DNA of 64,000 nucleotides from Candidatus Aenigmatarchaeota archaeon (lineage in GTDB: Archaea > Aenigmatarchaeota > Aenigmatarchaeia > QMZP01), in the NCBI GenBank assembly GCA_030670085.1, contig DAOVCJ010000002.1, forward strand, positions 4,975 to 68,974, written 5' to 3'. A program made the translations under genes and the position numbers. The notes under the pieces are model-generated. The model was given only the letters and a program-made list of their open reading frames with translations. It did no database searches and was not told where the DNA came from. This document shows, piece after piece, positions 48,365 through 56,399 of the stretch (position 1 is the stretch's first letter; the number at the start of each line of letters is the position of its first letter).

Positions 48365-49447
48365 ATGTCAAATAAGGGAGACGACTTGGACAGATTGGAC
48401 AAGGTCGTCCAACCAAAAGAATCGAATGACGACTTGGTCAAATCAGATAAAGTCGTTCAACCAAAGGAATGGCCTGTTGCAGAGGGAAGGTACAAAGTGG
48501 GAAATAAGGATTCCCCGATTGCAGTGTGTACAATGGCATCTGTTGAGATGAATATGCCCATGGACAAGATCGCAATCATTGGAAAATGTGTGACCGAGAA
48601 CTTAGGGGTAGAGAAGATAATAAAGAACACGATATCAAACCCGAAAATAAGATACTTGATATTCTGCGGCAAGGAATCGCACGGACATTTCGTGGGCCAG
48701 GCTATGAAGTCCCTGAAGGAAAACGGAGTAGACGGGGAGAAGAGAATCATCGGAGCAAAGGGAGGCATGCCTGTTCTAAAGAACCTTGAGATGGAGGAGA
48801 TAGAGAGGTTCAGGGAACAGGTAGAACCGATTGATATGGCAGACGAGACAGACACTGCAAAGATACTGGCAAAGGTTAATGAGCTGTTTGAAAGGAACCC
48901 AGGGCCATTCGAAGGAGGGAGTATGGAGACAGAAGAAGAGGTAAGGGAGACCAGGGCAGAGTTCCACCCTATCGCCGAATGGATGAAGGATCCAGAGGGC
49001 TTTTTCACAATATACCCAAATGCGGAGAGAGAGGAGATAGTTGCTGAACACCACGACAACGAAGGCAAGATGAAGAGCAGAATCTTTGGGAAATCAGCAG
49101 AAGACATATACCACCATATAATAAAAAACAACCTGGTTTCCAGGTATGACCACGCAGCCTACTTGGGAAGGGAGCTTGCAAAAGCAGAGCTTGCGATGAG
49201 AAACCAGCTGGACTATGAACAGGACGCTGATTTAAAAACCATGAAACAGAATAATGAACAAACAGAGCCAACGGTTCCCAGAGAGCCGGAAATTTCCAGA
49301 CCACTTCCCCCAAAACCAAAAAAACCGAAAGGTAGGTTTCTCACCTACATCAAGGGGGGAAGGGAGATCGCAGTGGAGGACTTTACAAGACAGGACAATG
49401 AATTCAGGGCTCTTCTCAGGGAAAGAGGAATGTCAAGAATATTTTAG
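48365..49447 (+). CDS. MtrA-like protein (tetrahydromethanopterin S-methyltransferase subunit A family homolog) with an extra C-terminal domain
   Basis: WPVAEGRYKVGN...IAVCT...IIGKCVTENLGVEKII...SNPKIRYLIFCGKESHGHFVGQA...ENGVDGEKRIIGAKGGMPVLKNLEMEEIERF follows the MtrA pattern (WP..GEY.VG..VAV.T..G.C.TEN.GIEK..SNP.IRYLI..G.E..GH..G). The N-terminal 32 aa are two in-frame hairpin elements. Confidence 0.55.
   Translation: MSNKGDDLDRLDKVVQPKESNDDLVKSDKVVQPKEWPVAEGRYKVGNKDSPIAVCTMASVEMNMPMDKIAIIGKCVTENLGVEKIIKNTISNPKIRYLIFCGKESHGHFVGQAMKSLKENGVDGEKRIIGAKGGMPVLKNLEMEEIERFREQVEPIDMADETDTAKILAKVNELFERNPGPFEGGSMETEEEVRETRAEFHPIAEWMKDPEGFFTIYPNAEREEIVAEHHDNEGKMKSRIFGKSAEDIYHHIIKNNLVSRYDHAAYLGRELAKAELAMRNQLDYEQDADLKTMKQNNEQTEPTVPREPEISRPLPPKPKKPKGRFLTYIKGGREIAVEDFTRQDNEFRALLRERGMSRIF
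48380..48409 (+). repeat. Hairpin element copy 12 (GACGACTT-N14-AgGTCGTC) inside the N-terminal coding region of the MtrA-like gene
   Basis: 8-bp stem including one U.G pair, with a 14-nt loop ggacagattggaca. Encodes DDLDRLDKVV. Confidence 0.7.
48428..48457 (+). repeat. Hairpin element copy 13 (GACGACTT-N14-AAGTCGTt), in tandem 48 nt (16 codons) after copy 12
   Basis: 14-nt loop ggtcaaatcagata. Encodes DDLVKSDKVV. Confidence 0.7.
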
Positions 49448-49478
49448 AGATTTGAATTGGAAATCAAGGGTGGTGAGA

Positions 49479-50273
49479 ATGGAGAATGAGAACAAGGAGA
49501 ATGCAAGTAAGAATCCTTATCAGCCCCTCATAGTCAGGGGTAAAAATCTAGGTGAGGCATGGGAGAATGCGGTAAGAGCAATGATGCAGAAGGGGTATGA
49601 CAGGTTCGTGAAGGCACCTGAATACCAGACATGGACAAAGGATTCCCCAATGTTCATAATGGTTTCGGATCCATTTGCAGATCCAAGATTCTCTCCAAAG
49701 GCCCCGCTCACGCAGGACATGGCGGATGAGTATGCAAGGAACCTGGTCAACGGGATGCCAAAGGAGAAAGAGAATTCGTTCGATTACACGTATTACTCAA
49801 GGCTGAGGCATTACCCGGACTGCCTGATAAGGGCGGGCATGCCTGCTGTCTCGGATGAGCATGAGATCAAGGACTATATAAGAAAGGTTTCAGGAGGCAA
49901 GTGCATTGTGCAGAGAATAGACCAGGTGGAGAAAGCGATCGAGATATTCAAGAAGGACCCGACCAGGAGGACAGTGGTAATGCATACTTGGATTCCCATG
50001 CGGGACCTGGCAAAGTTCACGCCAGAGAGGAAAGACACATCATCGCCCTGCCTTGTTCTGGCCCATCCGCAACTGGTTGAGGAAAAACTCCACCTCAACG
50101 TTGTGATGAAGACCAACGACCTCTATTCAGCCTGGCCTGGCAACGCCTATGCATTCACTGCTCTGCAGAAGTATATGGCAGACAAGATAGGTGTTGGGGT
50201 CGGTCACTACACACACTTCTCCATTGCCATGCAGGTGTACCAGGAAGTTTATGAAGCTGCAAAAATGGTTTAG
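49479..50273 (+). CDS. thyA: Thymidylate synthase ThyA (archaeal type)
   Basis: RRTVVMHTWIPMRDL...SPCLVLAHPQL...NDLYSAWPGNAYAFTALQ...GHYTHFSIAMQVY matches the ThyA motifs (RRxxxxAWNP, PCH, DxFLGxPFNIASYALL, GDAHIY). Start placed at MENENKE (ATG 49479). Confidence 0.75.
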   Translation: MENENKENASKNPYQPLIVRGKNLGEAWENAVRAMMQKGYDRFVKAPEYQTWTKDSPMFIMVSDPFADPRFSPKAPLTQDMADEYARNLVNGMPKEKENSFDYTYYSRLRHYPDCLIRAGMPAVSDEHEIKDYIRKVSGGKCIVQRIDQVEKAIEIFKKDPTRRTVVMHTWIPMRDLAKFTPERKDTSSPCLVLAHPQLVEEKLHLNVVMKTNDLYSAWPGNAYAFTALQKYMADKIGVGVGHYTHFSIAMQVYQEVYEAAKMV

Positions 50274-50282
50274 AGGGATGGA

Positions 50283-50846
50283 ATGATTTTACCAGACCAC
50301 GAGATCAGGAAACTGCTTAAAGAGGGAAGGATAGTCATAGAACCCCTGGACGAAGACGTTCAGATACAGCCTGCAGGTGTTGACCTGAGGCTCGGGAACG
50401 AGTTCAGGATTTTCAAGGCAACGTCCCTCCCCTACATAGACACCAGAAAGAAACCAGAGAACTATACCGATACCATAAAGATCAGTGATGACCAACCATT
50501 TATCATACACCCTGGAGAGTTCGTTCTTGGAACAGTTATGGAGTACATGAAGATACCCAGCGATCTCATGGGCTCTGTTGACGGAAGGTCATCTCTGGGA
50601 AGACTGGGGATAGCCATACATGCAACCTCGGCATCCATAAACCCGGGCTGGGAGGGAAGGTTCGTTCTGGAGATAACCAACATTGGAAGAGCGCCTGTCG
50701 CGATATACCCAGGCATGCGTATCGCCAAACTAACCCTCCACAAACTCTCCTCACCAGCAGAGAAACCATACGGCTCCGGAAGAAAGCATAAGTACCAGAA
50801 ACAGGAAGAAATCTCCCAGAGCAGAATTCATGAAGAAGGAGATTAA
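50283..50846 (+). CDS. dcd: dCTP deaminase (dUTPase superfamily)
   Basis: MILPDHEIRKLLKEGRIVIEP...GVDLRLGNEF...GRSSLGRLGI. Confidence 0.85.
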   Translation: MILPDHEIRKLLKEGRIVIEPLDEDVQIQPAGVDLRLGNEFRIFKATSLPYIDTRKKPENYTDTIKISDDQPFIIHPGEFVLGTVMEYMKIPSDLMGSVDGRSSLGRLGIAIHATSASINPGWEGRFVLEITNIGRAPVAIYPGMRIAKLTLHKLSSPAEKPYGSGRKHKYQKQEEISQSRIHEEGD

Positions 50847-50912
50847 GAGTCAATATCCTACATTTTTAAATACTTATTATATTAATTAACCAAATAAAGA
50901 AAGGGGATTGCT

Positions 50913-51434
50913 ATGGCATTGAGACCCGCGAAGTGCTACAAAAAACTGGAAAGGCCTTACACAAGGCAGAGCAGGAGAAAACCCAGAAGAGGCTATGTCA
51001 AGGGGGTTCCTGATTCAAAGATACGCAAGTTCGAGATGGGGGAAGCGAAAAAGGATTTCTCCTTGAAGGCATTCCTGGTTTCGAATCAGGGAGTCCAGAT
51101 AAGACACAATGCCCTCGAGGCCGCAAGGGTTACAGCGAACAAGTACCTGGACAACACCATTGGGAAGGAAAATTATTTCCTGAAAATTCTTGTTTATCCC
51201 CATCATGTTCTTAGAGAGAATAGGCTTGCAACAGGAGCGGGAGCGGATAGATTCCAGACAGGAATGAGGAAGGCCTTTGGAAAACCGATAGGAACAGCAG
51301 CAAGGGTAAGGCCCGGTCAGAACCTTATGGAGGTAAGGCTGGATTCCTCAAAGCAGAAATTCGCAAAGGATGCTCTCAGAAGGGCATCAGCCAAGTTCCC
51401 CACAACATGCAGAGTAATCTACGAAAAGATATAG
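50913..51434 (+). CDS. rpl10e: 50S ribosomal protein L10e (uL16)
   Basis: MALRPAKCYKKLERPYTRQSRRKPRRGYVKGVP. Confidence 0.9.
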   Translation: MALRPAKCYKKLERPYTRQSRRKPRRGYVKGVPDSKIRKFEMGEAKKDFSLKAFLVSNQGVQIRHNALEAARVTANKYLDNTIGKENYFLKILVYPHHVLRENRLATGAGADRFQTGMRKAFGKPIGTAARVRPGQNLMEVRLDSSKQKFAKDALRRASAKFPTTCRVIYEKI

Positions 51435-51465
51435 ATTCTTAATTCTTTCAGAACCAGCAAAGGGA

Positions 51466-51912
51466 TTAGCCAAAGCTGGGGATGAATCCCATCACAACAC
51501 CAGTCAGCAAAGGCAGGGCAAAGAATGATATCAGATAGAATATTATCCCAACCGCTATCGCATGCAGAATACTCAGTTCCCCAAAGAACGCCTTGATGAG
51601 CAATATCCATATTAGGAGCGGGAGAATCATGAGCAGGTAGGGGACTGGAGCTATGTAGGGTAGCAGAAAGCCCATTATCCCGAGATTGGTTATCAGGTTG
51701 ACCACAAGAACAGCCAGGAATGCGTTCCCTGGCCTCACGGGTTCCTTGAATTTCTTGCTGAAAATCTCCAGGATTACAATTAGGACTATTCCCCCTATTA
51801 TGGTTGCCAGGATGAGGTTTATGGCAAGTCCTATCCAGTAGGTGTATGCTTGGGACGTCGCAAGACCATAGATTGCCTCCAAGTCAAAGAAATTCGATGG
51901 GAATTCAACCAT
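51466..51912 (-). CDS. Hypothetical membrane protein (148 aa, four TM helices)
   Basis: Hydrophobic ORF. Confidence 0.35.
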   Translation of the reverse strand: MVEFPSNFFDLEAIYGLATSQAYTYWIGLAINLILATIIGGIVLIVILEIFSKKFKEPVRPGNAFLAVLVVNLITNLGIMGFLLPYIAPVPYLLMILPLLIWILLIKAFFGELSILHAIAVGIIFYLISFFALPLLTGVVMGFIPSFG

Positions 51913-51949
51913 ATTTATTTATTGTCCCTCTTCTCTTTTAAATGGACTT

Positions 51950-53140
51950 CTACGTTACATCCTTCTTTATTATATCTCCAGGCATGGTATTTTTTCCAGG
52001 CCATATCTTTCTTCCCGGATAAATAGATGTGTTTATTCCTGTGCGAACACCATCGCCTATAACAGTCCCGAACTTCTCCCTCTCTGTATCGATTAGCTCA
52101 TTCTTTACATGGGTTTTTACGCTTTCCCTGTCATGCTTCAGGTTTGCAGCCATGTTCCCTCCCCCAACGTTCACATCAAAACCCAGTATGGAGTCTCCGA
52201 AGTAGGAGAGGTGACCTATCTTTGTGTTGTCCATGATGATGCAGTTCTTTATCTCCACAGCGTTCCCTATTCTGCAGTTGTTCCCGATCGAAGTGAAAGG
52301 CCTTATGTAGCAGTTCGGTCCAATCGAACAGTTCTCCCCTATCACAACAGGACCCTCGATATAGGATCCGTTCTTTATCACAGTACCCTTCCCGATTGAG
52401 ACGCTCCCCTTTATGGTTGCATTCGGCTCAACTTCACCTTCGACGTGAGAAACATTCATCTCCTTGAGTAGCTTCTCGTTGACATCCAGAAGGTTCCAGG
52501 GGTACCCGATAGGTAGCCATTTCCCATTGGAAACCACGTAATTCACTTCTACTTCCTTTGCAAAGGAATTGACAGCTTCGTTGAACTCATACTCCCCTCT
52601 TTCTGATTTCTTGATCTTTTTTATCTCAGCAAATATTCTGTTGTCAACAACGTACAGGCCACAGTTCGCTATATCTGAGATGAACTTCTTTGGTTTCTCA
52701 GCAAAATCCTTGATTTTGTTGTCCTCAACAATCCATACACCAAACCTCGAAGGATCCTTCATCTTCTCAACGAGAAGGGAGTAATCATAATCCAGAACAT
52801 CCTTTATGTTGTCCTTGTGGTATATATCATCCCCGTTCATAACAAGGAACCTGCCCTTTACGTAATCCTCTGCAGGAAGAACAGCATGGCCTGTTCCCAG
52901 TTGATCCTTTTGCTCCACATAGGTCATCTTAATACCCTGAAACTTCTTTCCGAAATAATCTTCTATCATCTCTTTCCTGTACCCAACGATGATTATTGCC
53001 TCATCGATAAACCCCTTCAGGCTTTCCAGGTTGTGCTGAAGAATTGGCTTGTTGGCAACCGGTAGTAGAACCTTTGGCCTGGTCAAAGTCAAGGGATACG
53101 TCCTGGTCGATTTCCCAGCAGCAAGAATTACAGCCTGCAT
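51950..53140 (-). CDS. Bifunctional sugar-1-phosphate nucleotidyltransferase / left-handed beta-helix acetyltransferase (GlmU-like)
   Basis: N-terminal NTP-transferase motif ILAAGKSTR...P..LLPV and C-terminal hexapeptide repeats. Confidence 0.8.
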   Translation of the reverse strand: MQAVILAAGKSTRTYPLTLTRPKVLLPVANKPILQHNLESLKGFIDEAIIIVGYRKEMIEDYFGKKFQGIKMTYVEQKDQLGTGHAVLPAEDYVKGRFLVMNGDDIYHKDNIKDVLDYDYSLLVEKMKDPSRFGVWIVEDNKIKDFAEKPKKFISDIANCGLYVVDNRIFAEIKKIKKSERGEYEFNEAVNSFAKEVEVNYVVSNGKWLPIGYPWNLLDVNEKLLKEMNVSHVEGEVEPNATIKGSVSIGKGTVIKNGSYIEGPVVIGENCSIGPNCYIRPFTSIGNNCRIGNAVEIKNCIIMDNTKIGHLSYFGDSILGFDVNVGGGNMAANLKHDRESVKTHVKNELIDTEREKFGTVIGDGVRTGINTSIYPGRKIWPGKNTMPGDIIKKDVT

Positions 53141-53160
53141 AGAATCCTTTTAACCCCTCC

Positions 53161-54945
53161 TTATTTAACCGTTACGGATTTCGCAAGGTTCTTCGGATAA
53201 TCCGGGTTGCATCCCCTGAGGACTGCCAGGTGATAGGCAAGAATCTGAACAGGTATTATGTTAACAATCGGTGAAGCGTCTCCAACGTCAGGGACCCTTA
53301 TCCAGTAATCAAAAACCTCGTTGTTCTCCGGGGCAACACCTATTATATATCCGCCCCTGGATTTTATCTCCATTGCATTACTTATGACATCATTCTTGAC
53401 CTCGTCCTCTGCAACCAACGCTATACAGGGGGTTCCCTTGTCTATCAGAGCAAGGGGACCGTGTTTCAGTTCGCCGCCAGCAAAGCCCTGCGCGTGTATG
53501 TAGCTGACCTCCTGGATTTTTATCGCAGATTCCAGGGCCATCGGGTAGTTCAGGGACCTCCCTATTATGTATAAATTATCCTTCCTATGGATTTTCTTAG
53601 CCAGTCTTCTGATATGCTTTTCATACCTCGGGTTCAGCATATCATTTACCTTTGATGCGGTTTCTATGAGGAGGCGCTTGCCCTCATTAAGCTTCCCTGC
53701 GCATGCATATGCAAGGAGTGTAATGAGGGCAAGCTGAGAGGTAGCTGCCTTTGTAGAAGCAACCGCTTTTTCAGGACCGGCATTGATAAGGAACGAGTAG
53801 TCTGACTTTCTGTCGAGGGAGGACCCCATCACGTTAACCAGCGAAATAATCTTGACTCCTTTTTTCTTCGCTGACTCTATCGCTTCTAAAACATCAGCGG
53901 TCTCCCCTGACTGTGAGACCGCAATGAGCAGGGTCCTGTCTGTCAGAAAGTGATGATAATTAGGGAACTCCGAGGAAACGGTGAAGTTGATGTGCTTACC
54001 AGCGACTTTTGAGAAGATATATTCACCTGCCAGGCACACGTTCCCGGCTGTCCCGCATCCGGTGAAGAACGTCCCGAAGGCGTTGTTTATTTCCTTCGCC
54101 ATGCTCTCGATACTCTTCTCATCCTGGCTGAGTGCCCTCATTATCGTATCCTTCTGCTCCATTATCTCCTTCAGCATGAAATGCTCAAACCCGTTCTTCT
54201 CTGCCTGACCGGCTTCCCAGCCAATGTTTATCAACCGCTTCTCAACGTCTTCCTTCCCTTCAAGGTTGTGGAATTTTATACTCCTTTTGTTTTTGTCTAT
54301 AATAACCATCTCATCATCATCCAGGTACATAACGTTGTTGGTGTGATCCAGGAAAGCAGGTATGTCCGACGCCAAGAAATATTCTCTCTTATCAGAATCC
54401 TTTATCCCTACTATAAGTGGCGAACCTCTCCTTACCCCTATCATTTTATCAGAATTCCTACTCAAGGCAACTATCGCGTACCTTCCCTTCAATCTCCCTA
54501 CTGCTTCCTTGACCGCTTCCTCAAAACCCAGTTCTGCGAACTCCTCGATAAGGTGTGGAATTATCTCTGTGTCGGTATCGGATTTGAAAGTATGACCATT
54601 CCTTTTCAGCTCGCTTTTCAGCTCCTGATAGTTCTCTATTATACCATTGTGAACAACCAAGAAGTTTCCCTTACAGTCAAGATGGGGATGGGAGTTTTCT
54701 TCAGAAGGGATCCCATGGGTTGCCCATCTGGAATGTCCCACACCCATGAAACCGGGCAACATCTCGGGAAAGGATTCAAAACTCGCATCGCTTATCTTTC
54801 CCTTATCCTTTTTTACAAAGAACTCGTTGTTGTGAAGGGTAGCGAATCCGTAGGAATCGTATCCCCTGTACTCTAACCTCTTGAGAGATTCAAATATCAC
54901 AGGGGCAGCTACTGTGTCACCGATATAGCCAACAATACCGCACAT
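53161..54945 (-). CDS. glmS: Glutamine--fructose-6-phosphate aminotransferase
   Basis: N-terminal MCGIVGY nucleophile and two SIS domains. Length 594 aa. Confidence 0.9.
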   Translation of the reverse strand: MCGIVGYIGDTVAAPVIFESLKRLEYRGYDSYGFATLHNNEFFVKKDKGKISDASFESFPEMLPGFMGVGHSRWATHGIPSEENSHPHLDCKGNFLVVHNGIIENYQELKSELKRNGHTFKSDTDTEIIPHLIEEFAELGFEEAVKEAVGRLKGRYAIVALSRNSDKMIGVRRGSPLIVGIKDSDKREYFLASDIPAFLDHTNNVMYLDDDEMVIIDKNKRSIKFHNLEGKEDVEKRLINIGWEAGQAEKNGFEHFMLKEIMEQKDTIMRALSQDEKSIESMAKEINNAFGTFFTGCGTAGNVCLAGEYIFSKVAGKHINFTVSSEFPNYHHFLTDRTLLIAVSQSGETADVLEAIESAKKKGVKIISLVNVMGSSLDRKSDYSFLINAGPEKAVASTKAATSQLALITLLAYACAGKLNEGKRLLIETASKVNDMLNPRYEKHIRRLAKKIHRKDNLYIIGRSLNYPMALESAIKIQEVSYIHAQGFAGGELKHGPLALIDKGTPCIALVAEDEVKNDVISNAMEIKSRGGYIIGVAPENNEVFDYWIRVPDVGDASPIVNIIPVQILAYHLAVLRGCNPDYPKNLAKSVTVK

Positions 54946-55179
54946 GGATCATCCTGCTGAAGGTTTAACTTCTCCGAGTGTGACTCGCTCTTTCTGTCAC
55001 CACTCACTGAAGTAGTGTTCACTTAGTTTACTCTTCCCCTGTCCTATATAAACGCTTTATTGAGAATTTCATCAGAAACCTGCATGGGAATTCCCTCAAA
55101 GAGGGCATATACTTATAAATATTATTATGAAATTTATTATAATATTAAAATAAAATTAAAATCAAAATCCGGTGAATGC

Positions 55180-56121
55180 ATGGAAAAGGGAAAGGATTTT
55201 CTGCTGAGGAGCAATGGGAAGAGACATACCATGGTACCCATAAGGCTTTTCGATAAACCAGAGAACATGAAAGTTTTTTCAAGTCAGCTGGGGTGGAGGA
55301 TTTTCCAGAAGTTCTCTGAGCCCTCATGTCCAATAGATGTTGCAAGGGAGCTGGGCGTACATGAGCAGAAGGTTTACTACTACATAAACAAGTTCAAAAA
55401 TGCAAAACTCATAAAGGAAGTCAAGTCAGAGCCCAGGCACGGGACCATCGCAAAATTCTACCAGATAAAGGATTTCGCATTCGGTCTTAGGCTGGATAAT
55501 ATCCCGGCAGAGACCGAGTTGAAGATTCACTCCCCGGTTCATGTGAAGTCCCTGGAACCGTTCATAGTTGACGGGAACCTGAATGCGAAGATTATTGTTG
55601 GTTCACCCGATCCCCATGGTCCATGGAAAGCTCGCGCTTCAGATTCCTGCTGTGCGATAGATTTTGCACTCTTTATAGGGGCGTTTACCAGGGGAAAGCA
55701 GGTCCCGAACTATAAGCTGGATACTGAGATAAGGGAGAAGGATTTGAAGGGAAACCTCATACTCTTCGGTGGACCTACAGTAAACATGGTGACCAGGAAA
55801 ATAAACAAGGAACTTCCGATATTCTTTGAGATGAAGAGGGACCTTAGGAGAATAAGATCAGAGCTTTCTGGGAAAATCTACAGTGATGATGAGTGCGGTC
55901 TGATTGAGATAGCGGACAATCCGTGGGACAAGAAAGGAAAGGTTTTGATACTGGCAGGGAAGAGGTTCCATGGAACCAGGTCTGCTGTCCTCGCATGGGT
56001 AAAGCACATGGAAAAAATCATGAAGGGAAACAAATTCAACCCAAAGGTCATCGCGAAGGTTGTCAGGGGCTATGACATGAACGGTGATGGAATCATAGAT
56101 GATGTGGAAATATTGGAATAG
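55180..56121 (+). CDS. Winged-helix (ArsR-like) DNA-binding protein with a C-terminal EF-hand-like Ca-binding loop
   Basis: Start at MEKGKDF (ATG 55180, GGTGA RBS). HTH segment SSQLGWRIFQKFSEPSCPIDVARELGVHEQKVYYYINKFKNAKLI. The C-terminal DMNGDGIIDDVE matches DxNxDGxIDxxE. Confidence 0.4.
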   Translation: MEKGKDFLLRSNGKRHTMVPIRLFDKPENMKVFSSQLGWRIFQKFSEPSCPIDVARELGVHEQKVYYYINKFKNAKLIKEVKSEPRHGTIAKFYQIKDFAFGLRLDNIPAETELKIHSPVHVKSLEPFIVDGNLNAKIIVGSPDPHGPWKARASDSCCAIDFALFIGAFTRGKQVPNYKLDTEIREKDLKGNLILFGGPTVNMVTRKINKELPIFFEMKRDLRRIRSELSGKIYSDDECGLIEIADNPWDKKGKVLILAGKRFHGTRSAVLAWVKHMEKIMKGNKFNPKVIAKVVRGYDMNGDGIIDDVEILE

Positions 56122-56399
56122 ATGCCCATTTAGTGCCAATTTTACATATTTTTCTATTTTATTATAAAAATTAAAAATAAACTCTAAAAATGATTTTGGA
56201 ACAATTTAAAAAATAAATAGTATTTTATCTAATATTTCGGTAAGATCTGACATTATAAATATCTGTTCATGAAACTGTTTCACTATAGTTATATATACCA
56301 AGAGAGACTAACAATTGTATATCAATCGTCTCGGATGCCTAGGTATGTCCATGGCGTATTCTGGGTATTTGGGATGATGTTTTAAAATTGGAGGAAAAA

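Noticed and set aside
1278-48457. The hairpin repeats read as a CRISPR array
   Set aside because: Copies are dispersed over 47 kb with irregular spacing. Stem sequences differ between copies. No cas genes are present, and the 14-nt loops are not spacer-like.
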